A stretch of DNA of 32,000 nucleotides from Candidatus Methylomirabilis oxygeniifera (GCA_000091165.1 FP565575.1:450001-482000), one strand, 5' to 3'; shown: positions 1 to 8,374, counted from the stretch's first letter. Program-made: numbers and translations. The notes: generated by a model from the letters alone, not told the origin.

Positions 1-810
1 GGGTTCGAGGATCTCGATATGAAAACGGCAGGCCTCCAGCCGTCGGAGCTGGTCATCATCGCCGGCCGTCCCTCGATGGGTAAGACGAGTTTTGCTCTGA
101 ACATCGCGAGAAATGCCGCAATCGGAGAACAGATACCGGTCGGCATCTTCAGCCTGGAGATGTCGAAGGAGCAGGTGGTCCAGCGGTTGCTGTCCTCTGA
201 GGCCGAGGTCGACTCCAATAGGATCAGAACGGGGTGGCTGCGTGAGAGCGATTGGCCGAAGTTGACCAACGCGGCCGGCCATCTCTCAGAGGCGCCCATC
301 TTCATTGATGACTCGGCTGCGCTTTCGGTCATCGAACTTCGGGCGAAGGCGCGGAGACTGAAAGCCGAGCAGAACATCGGGATGGTGGTGATCGACTACC
401 TGCAGCTTATCTCAGGCCGTTCCCGATCCGAGAATCGTCAGCAGGAGGTGTCGGAGATCTGTCGGTCCCTGAAGGCGATGGCGAAGGAGTTAAAGGTTCC
501 GGTTGTCGCGCTGTCGCAACTTGCGCGGCGGACCGAGGAGCGGGAGCGACCGCAGCTATCGGACCTTCGGGAGTCCGGCGCCATTGAGCAGGACTCGGAT
601 GTCGTGATGTTTTTGTACCGGCCCGGGTACTATCAGGCCAGGAAGGCCGGGGGCCCGGATCCGGAGCGGGACACCAAGACCGAGATCATCATTGCCAAGC
701 AACGGAACGGCCCGACCGGGACCGTGGAGTTGGCCTTTCTCAGGGAGTACGTTAAGTTCGGCTCACTCGACCTTGTCCATCAAGATCCGGATGAGGCGGA
801 GGAGATGTGA
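1..810 (+). CDS. dnaB: Replicative DNA helicase DnaB, C-terminal RecA-like domain (5' end cut by window)
   Basis: Frame 1 is open from base 1 (GFEDLD precedes the listed Met at 19). It has Walker [11 protein letters not shown], Walker [20 protein letters not shown] and the [11 protein letters not shown] motif. Stop TGA at 808-810. Confidence 0.9.
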   Translation, partial: GFEDLDMKTAGLQPSELVIIAGRPSMGKTSFALNIARNAAIGEQIPVGIFSLEMSKEQVVQRLLSSEAEVDSNRIRTGWLRESDWPKLTNAAGHLSEAPIFIDDSAALSVIELRAKARRLKAEQNIGMVVIDYLQLISGRSRSENRQQEVSEICRSLKAMAKELKVPVVALSQLARRTEERERPQLSDLRESGAIEQDSDVVMFLYRPGYYQARKAGGPDPERDTKTEIIIAKQRNGPTGTVELAFLREYVKFGSLDLVHQDPDEAEEM

Positions 811-822
811 CGGGTCGCTGAT

Positions 823-878
823 CAACGTTCAACGTGCGATGTTCAATGTTCAACTGTGAATCTTGAACGTTCAACGGT
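823..878. repeat. Eight tandem degenerate heptamers (CAACGTT type) containing hairpin 841-852/857-868 and palindrome TTGAACGTTCAA 863-874
   Basis: Read in register: CAACGTT CAACGTG CGATGTT CAATGTT CAACTGT GAATCTT GAACGTT CAACGGT. Confidence 0.8.
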
Positions 879-905
879 TCAGCGCGCCACCGCGGGAAGA
901 GAGGA

Positions 906-2288
906 GTGATGGCCAAGAGTCCGACCCACTACCTCTGCCAGAGCTGCGGCTATCAGACGGTTCGCTGGATGGGTCGCTGCCCGGATTGCGGAGAGTGGGC
1001 AAGCCTGTTGGAGGAGCGCGCCACGAATGACCGCGATCGCGGTCGTCGTGTCGTCACATCCTCGGCTTCGCACTGTGCAACACCGATCACCGCCGTCGAT
1101 AGCGGCGCACTCAACCGGGTGAGCACCGGCCTGGCGGAGCTGGATCGGGTGCTGGGGGGCGGGATCGTCCCCGGCTCGTTTGTGCTCTTGAGCGGTGATC
1201 CGGGCATCGGTAAGTCAACCCTGCTCCTTCAGGCGTCAATGCAGGTCGCGCAGAAGGACGGGGTCGTGCTGTATGTCTCCGGCGAGGAATCGCTTCAGCA
1301 GACTCGATCCAGGGCAAGCAGACTGGGTCCGCTTTCCGATCGTCTTCTCCTGCTCGCCGAGACCTCCCTCCAGATGATTCTTGAACAGACCGACCGGATT
1401 CGACCAACCATCCTGGTGATCGATTCTATCCAAACCATTACGTCAGACGATCTGGAGTCCCCCCCTGGCAGTTTCAGCCAGGTGCGCGAAGCGGCCGTTG
1501 GACTGATGGCGCTTGCGAAGGAGAAGGGGATCAGTACCGTGATCATCGGCCATATCACCAAGGAAGGGGCCATCGCAGGCCCGAAGGCGATGGAACACCT
1601 GGTCGACGCTGTTGTATTTATGGAAGGGGAGGGGCATCAGATTCATCGCCTGCTCCGAACTGTCAAGAATCGTTTTGGCCCTACCCCTGAGGTCGGTGTA
1701 TTCGAGATGACGGCGTCCGGCCTGCAAGAACTCGCAAATCCGTCGGAGGTGTTTCTCGCTCAACGCCCATCCGGGGCGCCGGGCTCAGTTGTGATTCCAA
1801 CTCTGGAGGGAAGCCGACCGCTGCTTGTGGAACTGCAAGCGTTGGTGGCTGCGCCAAGCGCTCCAATCTCCAGACGGGTGTTCAATGGAGTGGAGAGCAA
1901 CCGGGGCATGCTGCTGCTCGCTGTACTGGAAAAGCGGCTCGGCTTGCCGCTCAGCGCGTGCGATGTGTACGTCAATGTTGTGGGGGGCATCAGGGTGGGG
2001 GAGACCGCTGTCGATCTCGGCATGGCCGCCGCAGTTCTCTCAAGCGCTCGCAACCTTCCGCTCGATCCCGGACTGTGCGTATTCGGAGAAATCGGTCTGG
2101 CAGGTGAGATACGAGCAGTGCCGATGGCGGAGCGACGGATCGAGGAGGCCGCCCGCCTGGGGTTGTCCTGTTGCCTGATGCCTCGACACAACCTGGATCG
2201 AGGCCGGCCGGACTTTCCCTCGTTAAGGGTGAGCGGGCTGCGTACGCTTGAGGAGCTGACGGAGAGGCTGAAGATCCCGCAGCAGTAG
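906..2288 (+). CDS. radA: DNA repair protein RadA/Sms
   Basis: N-terminal zinc ribbon CQSCGYQTVRWMGRCPDCGEW, Walker A GDPGIGKST, KNRFG motif (VKNRFGP), Lon-protease-like C-terminal domain. SD GAGGAG lies upstream of ATG 906. Confidence 0.95.
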   Translation: MMAKSPTHYLCQSCGYQTVRWMGRCPDCGEWASLLEERATNDRDRGRRVVTSSASHCATPITAVDSGALNRVSTGLAELDRVLGGGIVPGSFVLLSGDPGIGKSTLLLQASMQVAQKDGVVLYVSGEESLQQTRSRASRLGPLSDRLLLLAETSLQMILEQTDRIRPTILVIDSIQTITSDDLESPPGSFSQVREAAVGLMALAKEKGISTVIIGHITKEGAIAGPKAMEHLVDAVVFMEGEGHQIHRLLRTVKNRFGPTPEVGVFEMTASGLQELANPSEVFLAQRPSGAPGSVVIPTLEGSRPLLVELQALVAAPSAPISRRVFNGVESNRGMLLLAVLEKRLGLPLSACDVYVNVVGGIRVGETAVDLGMAAAVLSSARNLPLDPGLCVFGEIGLAGEIRAVPMAERRIEEAARLGLSCCLMPRHNLDRGRPDFPSLRVSGLRTLEELTERLKIPQQ

Positions 2289-2539
2289 GATCTCATGGCT
2301 AGCGTATTGAGTCATATGTCCTTTTATAGTCCGTTCGCGGCGAACCCTTCGACGGACTCAGGGTGAATGGAACGTGTAAAGAGTGTTGGATGCACGCTAC
2401 CTACTATATTCAAGTAGTATCACTGCATATGTGAAGTGTGATACCGTTCCTGCACAGTGTTGAGCATCGCATGAGCGCGTACAATGTCTGAAAGCGGTAA
2501 TGATCTGCGAACGACTATTGTTGTTTTTGCGAGAATCTT

Positions 2540-2568
2540 TTGACTAGTTACAGAATCCCTGCTAAAAT
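2540..2568 (+). promoter_or_regulatory. Candidate sigma70-type promoter for carD (TTGACT-N17-TAAAAT)
   Basis: -35 TTGACT at 2540-2545, 17-nt spacer, -10 TAAAAT at 2563-2568. The ATG at 2578 lies only 9 nt after the -10 and has no SD. Confidence 0.4.
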
Positions 2569-2577
2569 TTATAAGTA

Positions 2578-3066
2578 ATGATGTATCGCACAGGGACAAA
2601 AGTAGTCTACCCTACTCATGGAGTTGGGTGGATTGAGGCGATTGAAAATAAAGAGGTTGGCGGCGGACCTCAGGCTTTCTACGTGGTGCGCATCATCGGG
2701 AACGGAATGACTATTCTTGTTCCCACAAAGAACGCCAAACGAGTCGGTCTTCGAGAGGTCATTGAAGCGTCGGAGATCCCGAAGATTCTTGCCATTCTGA
2801 AGAAGAATGACCTGGAAATCAGTTCGAATTGGAACCGCAGGTTTAAGGATAACTTAGAGCGGATCAGGACAGGATCGCTCTTTGAGGTGGCGCTGGTCCT
2901 GCGAAAGTTGGTTCTGCTCCAGAAGGAGCGGAGCCTGTCGTTTGGTGAGAAGACGATGCTGGAGAATGTCCGAAGGTTGATTGTCAGCGAGATTTCGCAT
3001 GCCTCCGGGATTGACCAGGAGAGAGCGAAGGTGCTCGTTGAACAGGCAGTAGGTCATTACAGATGA
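2578..3066 (+). CDS. carD: CarD/CdnL family RNA-polymerase-binding transcription factor
   Basis: 162 aa. The N-terminal TRCF-RID-like segment KVVYPTHGVGWIEAIENKEV and the helical C-terminal half are typical of CarD/CdnL. Confidence 0.9.
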   Translation: MMYRTGTKVVYPTHGVGWIEAIENKEVGGGPQAFYVVRIIGNGMTILVPTKNAKRVGLREVIEASEIPKILAILKKNDLEISSNWNRRFKDNLERIRTGSLFEVALVLRKLVLLQKERSLSFGEKTMLENVRRLIVSEISHASGIDQERAKVLVEQAVGHYR

Positions 3067-3103
3067 TGATCAGAGGTGAGGTCATCGAACCGTATGAAAG
3101 GAG

Positions 3104-4135
3104 GTGATCGATTTGAACAACTACCGAGTTGGTCTCCCGATGATTGTTGGAGGGGCGGCCATCGGATTCTATCTGGCCTATCAAGCCGGCGCAGGTCCGT
3201 ACCAATGGCTACTAGGACTGGCCGGTCTCCTGCTTGGGGCCTCGTGCGGTATTGCCGTGATGGTTCTTCAACGCAAGTTTCATCAGGCTTCCCTGCAAGT
3301 CATTGTCAGCGGAACTATCGGATTCGTCTTGGGTCTTGGCTTGGCCGAACTCTTATTCAGCGCTATCTCAGACTTTCTGAGCTTTATTCCGCCTTATATT
3401 GCGAACACCATGCGACCCATTATCACCATCGGGTCGGCGTACCTTGGAGCCGCCATCGCGATCGAGAAGAGCCGAGGGTTCAGTGTGCTGGACGTCGTTC
3501 GGCTTTTCAGGGAAAAGCCCAGGGGGAAGAGCTACAAGATTCTCGATACCTCGGTGATCATCGACGGCCGCATCGCCGACATTTGCGAGACAGGGTTTGT
3601 TGAGGGAACGCTTCTCATTCCGCAGTTTGTCTTGCGAGAGCTGCAGCAGGTTGCCGACTCATCGGATCCGTTGAAACGAAACCGCGGTCGTCGGGGACTG
3701 GATATTTTGCAGAAGATACAGAAGAGGGTTGATGTGCATGTCGAGATCAGTGATATGGACTTTCCCGATATCCGCGAGGTGGACGCGAAACTGGTCGCGC
3801 TGGCCAAGGCCGTGAATGCCAAGGTGGTCACAAACGATTTCAATCTGAATAAGGTGGCTGCGCTGCAGGGGATCGGGGTATTGAACATCAATGAGTTAAC
3901 CAATGCGCTCAGGCCTGTTGTTCTGCCCGGTGAGGAGATGCAGGTCCACGTTCTTAAAGAAGGTAAGGAGTACAACCAAGGCATTGCCTACCTCGATGAT
4001 GGGACGATGGTAGTCGTCGACAGCGGCCGTCGATACATCGGTCAGACTGTTGATGTGCGCGTCACCACAGTGCTGCCGACGACAGCCGGACGTATGATCT
4101 TCTCACGTCTGAAGGAAGAGGCCGAGGCCGCTTAG
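3104..4135 (+). CDS. yacL: Membrane-anchored PIN/TRAM domain protein (YacL-like)
   Basis: About 130 aa of hydrophobic helices, then a PIN domain (KILDTSVIIDGRI ... VTNDFNLNKVA), then a TRAM-like C-terminus (VDVRVTTVLPTTAGRMIFSRL). The listed GTG 3104 overlaps the SD GGAGG (3100-3104). TTG 3113 is better spaced and may be the true start. Confidence 0.85.
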   Translation: MIDLNNYRVGLPMIVGGAAIGFYLAYQAGAGPYQWLLGLAGLLLGASCGIAVMVLQRKFHQASLQVIVSGTIGFVLGLGLAELLFSAISDFLSFIPPYIANTMRPIITIGSAYLGAAIAIEKSRGFSVLDVVRLFREKPRGKSYKILDTSVIIDGRIADICETGFVEGTLLIPQFVLRELQQVADSSDPLKRNRGRRGLDILQKIQKRVDVHVEISDMDFPDIREVDAKLVALAKAVNAKVVTNDFNLNKVAALQGIGVLNINELTNALRPVVLPGEEMQVHVLKEGKEYNQGIAYLDDGTMVVVDSGRRYIGQTVDVRVTTVLPTTAGRMIFSRLKEEAEAA

Positions 4136-4140
4136 GAGCA

Positions 4141-4223
4141 GGGTATAGGGGGGTAGGGTACAGGGGGGTAGAAAAGGCATTTGCCGCTCCACCCTCCACC
4201 CGACACCCTCCACCCGACACCCT
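4141..4223. repeat. G-tract arm / C-tract arm heptamer element (GGGTAYA ... CTCCACC family), copy 1
   Basis: GGGTATA GGGGGGTA GGGTACA GGGGGGTA (4141-4170), a 16-nt spacer, then CTCCACC CTCCACC CGACACC CTCCACC CGACACC CT (4187-4223), ending directly at the ispD ATG. Confidence 0.85.
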
Positions 4224-4917
4224 ATGATCGTTACTGCCATTGTTCCCGCCGGAGGGGCGGGAATTCGATTTGGGGGGGCAGTTAGGAAACAGTTTATCGC
4301 GCTGAATGGTCTGCCGATACTCAGCCATACGTTGCGGGCGATTGCGGCATCTAATGCGCTCGCGGCCATTATTATTGTGGTCCCCCCGGGGGAAGAGTCA
4401 AGAGGTCGAGAGGCGCTGGGGCTGGCCGGGATCGATCTGGAAGCGGAGGTGATTCCAGGGGGACGGACACGGCAGGATTCAGTCTATAACGGTTTACAAA
4501 GGGCGAAGGCGGATACGGATCTTGTATTGATCCACGACGGCGTTCGCCCTTTCGTTTCGCGTGAGGTTGTGCTGGCCACTATAGAAGCCGCAAGGGAAGT
4601 GGGTGCGGCGGTTGCGGCCGTGCCTGTCATCGACACGATTAAGCGAGTCGACCCCGACGGTTTCGTAGAAGAGACGTTGCCAAGGGGACAGCTTTGGTCG
4701 ATCCAGACCCCTCAGGTCTTCCGTTACGCGCTCCTGATGCAGGCTCATCTGGCGGTTCGGGAGCGCGGGATTGTTGCTACCGACGATGCCGCGCTTGTGG
4801 AGCAAGGTGGGGGGGCTGGTCAAGGTTGTGAGGGGAAGTTATGAGAACCTCAAGATTACGGGTGAAGAGGATATGTCTCTGGCCGATCTGATTCTGAAGC
4901 GACGGGCAGTTCCATGA
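4224..4917 (+). CDS. ispD: 2-C-methyl-D-erythritol 4-phosphate cytidylyltransferase IspD, interrupted by one extra G in a G7 run (4809-4815)
   Basis: The N-terminus IVPAGGAGIRFG and the body are IspD-like. The listed ORF ends at 4844 after the atypical tail GGGAGQGCEGKL. The +1 frame from 4816 reads LVKVVRGSYENLKITGEEDMSLADLILKRRAVP, the conserved IspD C-terminus, and stops at 4915-4917, overlapping the ispF ATG as ATGA. Confidence 0.85.
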
Positions 4918-5399
4918 CAGTCGGCATCGGATTCGATATGCACCCGTTAGTGACCGGTCGGCGCCTGGTCCTGGGCGGGGTGGAGATCCCATTCGAGAAA
5001 GGCCTTGACGGTCACTCGGATGCGGATACCTTAGCCCATGCGGTGATCGACGCCATACTTGGCGCGGCATGCGCCGGCGATATCGGCTCGTGCTTCGGGA
5101 CGAACGATCCTCAATATAAGGACGTGTCGAGTCTTCTGCTTCTCAGGGAGACCTTCCGACGAGTGCAGGCGCTCGGCTACATGGTGAGCCACATCGATGC
5201 GACGATCATTGCTGAAGCCCCAAAGCTTGCATCATATATTGTGCAGATGCGGACCAACCTTGCAGAAAGCATCGGAATGTCGGTTGAGGACGTGAGCGTG
5301 AAGGCGGCGACCGCGAACCGGGTCGGTACGCTTGGGGCGGGTGACGGCATTGCCTGTTTCGCCGTCGCATCCCTCAGGCGCCGTGGAACGATGTCATAG
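4914..5399 (+). CDS. ispF: 2-C-methyl-D-erythritol 2,4-cyclodiphosphate synthase IspF
   Basis: 161 aa with IGFDMH, GHSDADTLAHAVIDA and IDATIIAEAPKL motifs. Confidence 0.95.
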   Translation: MTVGIGFDMHPLVTGRRLVLGGVEIPFEKGLDGHSDADTLAHAVIDAILGAACAGDIGSCFGTNDPQYKDVSSLLLLRETFRRVQALGYMVSHIDATIIAEAPKLASYIVQMRTNLAESIGMSVEDVSVKAATANRVGTLGAGDGIACFAVASLRRRGTMS

Positions 5400-5417
5400 G
5401 ATGACGGGGATAGTTGT

Positions 5418-7010
5418 GTGGCGCTAGTCGTCTATAATACCTTACACCAGAAGAAAGAGCGATTCGAACCGGCTGTGCCTGGCGAGGTCCGGATGTATGC
5501 CTGCGGCCCGACTGTATACGATCGTGCCCACATCGGTCATGCGCGCGCAGCTCTCACCTTTGATGTGGTCTGGCGCTACCTGGAGCGCCGCGGATATAAG
5601 GTCAGCTACGTGCGTAATTATACGGACGTAGACGATAAGATTATTCAGCGGGCCGCAGAGTTGGGACAGTCGCGCGAATCGCTGGTAGAGGAGCAGATCG
5701 AGGCCTATCGCCGGGATATGGACGCTCTGGGGCTCAGAACGCCGACGGAGGAGCCGCGAGCCACCCGACATATCCGCGAGATGATTGAGATCATCCGGAC
5801 GTTGATGGCGAAGGGAGTCGCGTACTCCGTAGATGGTGATGTCTATTTCGAGGTCAGGCGCTCGTCCGACTACGGGAAGCTCTCCCATCGAGGTCTCGAC
5901 GAGTTGCAGGCGGGGGCGAGGGTTGAGGTCGATCCGCGGAAGCGCGATCCTCTTGATTTTGCCTTGTGGAAGGCATCTCGACCGGGAGAGCCGGCATGGG
6001 AGAGCCCGTGGGGCCCAGGCAGACCGGGCTGGCATATCGAGTGCTCGGCCATGTCGATGAAATACCTCGGCGAGACCTTTGACATTCACGGTGGTGGGGC
6101 CGATCTGATCTTTCCCCACCATGAGAATGAGATTGCGCAGTCGGAGTGCGCCACCGGCAAGCCGTTTGCCCGCTACTGGATCCATAACGGGTTCGTCAAT
6201 ATCCGCGCCGAAAAGATGTCGAAGTCGTTGGGCAATATCCTGACGATTCGGGAACTCCTCGGTCGTATCAGTCCTTGCGCGTTCAAGCTGTTCCTGCTTG
6301 GAACTCATTACAGAGCACCCGTAGAGTTTTCGGAGGATGCGCTGATCAGCGCCACGGCTGCGGCGGCTCGATTCCATACCGTACTGGAGGAGGTGCAGCG
6401 TTTCCAGGACGTCCAGGGTTCGAAGGCCGATCGTTCGCGCATGGATTCCTTGCCCCTCTCAGGTCAGATTCGTGAGGCGGAACAGGAGTACACGGACGCG
6501 ATGGATGATGATTTCAATACACCGCGTGCGCTGGCCGCATTGTTCAACCTGACTAAAGGGGTAAACGTTGCCCTAAGAGATGTCGATGGCGCGCCGGAGC
6601 CATCTCTCGTGTATGGCCTCAGCATGGCAGGAGAGACGCTGCGAACGCTGGGATCGGTGCTGGGCGGCTTATTTGAGGGTCCTCGTGAAGTTGTTGACCG
6701 GCTTATCATGACCCCATCTGCCGGTACTTCGACCAGTGGAACGGCAGCCTCGGTTCTCAGGATAACAGGAGACGATTATTGTAAGGCTCGAGAGGCTGTC
6801 GAATCGGCGATGGCGTCAGGCCACACCCCGCCGACAGAGGCGATCCGGACTATCGTCGCATACCGGGCGCTATGCCGTGACAGGAAGGACTGGACAACCG
6901 CCGATGCCATTCGCACCTGGTTGACCAATCTTGGGGTGGTTGTGGACGATACCGGCGATGGGGTCCGCTGGTACGTCGCGGTCGCCCGGGCGAAGACGCA
7001 CCGGCCATGA
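5418..7010 (+). CDS. cysS: Cysteine--tRNA ligase
   Basis: GTG start. Contains HIGH (HIGHAR), KMSKS, zinc ligands CGPTVYD / HIECSAM / HHENEIAQSE, and the C-terminal KDWTTADAIRTWL motif. At 530 aa it is longer than the roughly 460-aa E. coli enzyme. Confidence 0.95.
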   Translation: MALVVYNTLHQKKERFEPAVPGEVRMYACGPTVYDRAHIGHARAALTFDVVWRYLERRGYKVSYVRNYTDVDDKIIQRAAELGQSRESLVEEQIEAYRRDMDALGLRTPTEEPRATRHIREMIEIIRTLMAKGVAYSVDGDVYFEVRRSSDYGKLSHRGLDELQAGARVEVDPRKRDPLDFALWKASRPGEPAWESPWGPGRPGWHIECSAMSMKYLGETFDIHGGGADLIFPHHENEIAQSECATGKPFARYWIHNGFVNIRAEKMSKSLGNILTIRELLGRISPCAFKLFLLGTHYRAPVEFSEDALISATAAAARFHTVLEEVQRFQDVQGSKADRSRMDSLPLSGQIREAEQEYTDAMDDDFNTPRALAALFNLTKGVNVALRDVDGAPEPSLVYGLSMAGETLRTLGSVLGGLFEGPREVVDRLIMTPSAGTSTSGTAASVLRITGDDYCKAREAVESAMASGHTPPTEAIRTIVAYRALCRDRKDWTTADAIRTWLTNLGVVVDDTGDGVRWYVAVARAKTHRP

Positions 7011-7792
7011 CGGAGCAGATACTCGTTGGCCCTCATGCTGTGCTGGAGGCGCTTCGAGCGAAGCGGCGCCAGATTGATCGGATCTATCTGGCAAGGGAAC
7101 GGTACGATTCCAGGATTGTCGAGATTGTCAAGCGCGCCAGAGAGTTGGGCGTGCCCTGTACACAGGAGAAACGGGAGCGGCTTGGTGAATTGAGCAAGGG
7201 GGCGACGCACCAAGGGGTCCTGGCCGTCGTCAGCGAGGCAGATTACGAGGATCCTTTCGAGCTGGTTGCCCGAATCAAGGCGGCCACCCCGCTGCCGTTA
7301 TTGCTGCTGCTCGATGGAGTTCAGGATCCTCAGAACCTCGGAGCGATTATACGCACGGCGGAGGCTGCCGGAGCGAATGGGCTTTTTATCGCGAAACATC
7401 GCGCCGCTGGGATTACTCCGGCGGTCGCGAAGGCCTCTGCGGGGGCTTCAGAACACCTGGCCGTGGCGAGGGTTGCGGGTCTGCCGGCGTTTCTCGCGTG
7501 GCTGAAAGATCAGGGCATCTGGACGCTCGGAGCCGATCCAAGCGCGGTGCAGTCCCTCTACGAGATCGATTTGCGTGCTCCGATGGGTGTCGTCATCGGA
7601 GGGGAGCACCGGGGACTGACAATGTTGGTGCGGCAGCGGTGCGATTTGCTCGCAAGAATCCCCACTCGCGGTCGTGTGGACTCTCTCAACGCTGCGGCGG
7701 CGGCTGCCGTCTTCCTCTTTGAGATCCGGCGACAACAGAGTGGCATGAAGCAGCTCCCAGTGAATGCGCAAGAAACTGCGATTCTTTCTTAA
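7007..7792 (+). CDS. rlmB: TrmH/SpoU-family 23S rRNA 2'-O-ribose (G2251-type) methyltransferase
   Basis: N-terminal SpoU substrate-binding segment, LDGVQDPQNLGAIIRTAEAAG and GRVDSLNAAAAAAVFLFE motifs. ATGA overlap with the cysS stop. It occupies the same position as rlmB/yacO in Bacillus. Confidence 0.85.
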   Translation: MTEQILVGPHAVLEALRAKRRQIDRIYLARERYDSRIVEIVKRARELGVPCTQEKRERLGELSKGATHQGVLAVVSEADYEDPFELVARIKAATPLPLLLLLDGVQDPQNLGAIIRTAEAAGANGLFIAKHRAAGITPAVAKASAGASEHLAVARVAGLPAFLAWLKDQGIWTLGADPSAVQSLYEIDLRAPMGVVIGGEHRGLTMLVRQRCDLLARIPTRGRVDSLNAAAAAAVFLFEIRRQQSGMKQLPVNAQETAILS

Positions 7793-7817
7793 AAATACCC
7801 GTAATAGAAATTATTGC

Positions 7818-7846
7818 TTGCTTTCTGCCTGTAAGAACATTATATT
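7818..7846 (+). promoter_or_regulatory. Candidate promoter of the tRNA-tuf transcription unit (TTGCTT-N17-TATATT)
   Basis: -35 at 7818-7823, 17-nt spacer, -10 at 7841-7846. There is an A/T-rich stretch upstream, and the first tRNA starts at 7892. Confidence 0.35.
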
Positions 7847-7891
7847 TTCCTTGCGCCTGTCGCAAATTATGAATAGTCTAAGGGTTTGCGT

Positions 7892-7967
7892 GCTGGCGTA
7901 GCTCAGTTGGCAGAGCAGCTGATTTGTAATCAGCCGGTCAGGGGTTCAAATCCCTTCGCCAGCTCCA
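7892..7967 (+). tRNA. tRNA-Thr (anticodon UGU), CCA encoded
   Basis: Acceptor GCTGGCG/CGCCAGC, D arm AGCTCAGTTGGCAGAGC, anticodon loop TT-TGT-AA, T arm GGGGTTCAAATCCC. Confidence 0.95.
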
Positions 7968-8006
7968 CAGAGAGCCGGCACGCAGGGAGATCCCGAAGGG
8001 GGATGC

Positions 8007-8091
8007 GGGGAGATACCCAAGCGGCCAAAGGGGGCAGACTGTAAATCTGCTGGCGTTGCCTTCGGAGGTTCGAACCCTCCTCTCCCCACCA
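8007..8091 (+). tRNA. tRNA-Tyr (anticodon GUA), long variable arm, CCA encoded
   Basis: Acceptor GGGGAGA/TCTCCCC, anticodon loop CT-GTA-AA, class II variable arm, T arm GGAGGTTCGAACCCTCC. Confidence 0.95.
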
Positions 8092-8182
8092 TCGGATCGG
8101 GCTGCTGCAGAGGACGCGGTTCGGCGATGAGGCGGTCCCACTCGACGAGGTTGTAGCGCGCAAGGCATGACGATAGGCTTGG

Positions 8183-8259
8183 GCGGGAATAGCTCAGTCG
8201 GCTAGAGCGTCAGCCTTCCAAGCTGAGGGTCGCGGGTTCGAATCCCGTTTCCCGCTCCA
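8183..8259 (+). tRNA. tRNA-Gly (anticodon UCC), CCA encoded
   Basis: Acceptor GCGGGAA/TTCCCGC, anticodon loop CT-TCC-AA, T arm GCGGGTTCGAATCCCGT. Confidence 0.95.
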
Positions 8260-8298
8260 AAGATTGTAGGTATGATGGATTGGGACCTCGACAGGCCA

Positions 8299-8374
8299 GC
8301 CCACGTAGCTCAGTCGGCAGAGCGCATCCTTGGTAAGGATGAGGTCACCAGTTCAATCCTGGTCGTGGGCTCCA
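8299..8374 (+). tRNA. tRNA-Thr (anticodon GGU), CCA encoded
   Basis: Acceptor GCCCACG/CGTGGGC, anticodon loop TT-GGT-AA, T arm CCAGTTCAATCCTGG. Confidence 0.95.

Noticed and set aside
3076-3603. 175-aa + strand ORF overlapping the 5' half of the PIN/TRAM gene in another frame.
   Set aside because: The alternative frame (3104-4135) gives a coherent TM + PIN + TRAM protein. This frame is Arg-, Ser- and Gly-rich with no domain signal.
5442-6377. 311-aa ORF antisense to cysS.
   Set aside because: It is a shadow ORF inside a CDS with all class I synthetase motifs. It has no SD or recognisable domain, and its composition is Arg- and Leu-rich.
7930-8168. Two minus-strand ORFs of about 77 aa running through tRNA-Thr and tRNA-Tyr.
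   Set aside because: They overlap canonical tRNA cloverleafs and have no independent coding evidence.
8092-8182. 91-nt tRNA-Tyr to tRNA-Gly spacer with a coding-like G/C-ending triplet pattern on both strands, possibly a gene remnant.
   Set aside because: It is too short to evaluate, has no start or SD, and I can recognise no motif. A homology search would be needed to take it further.
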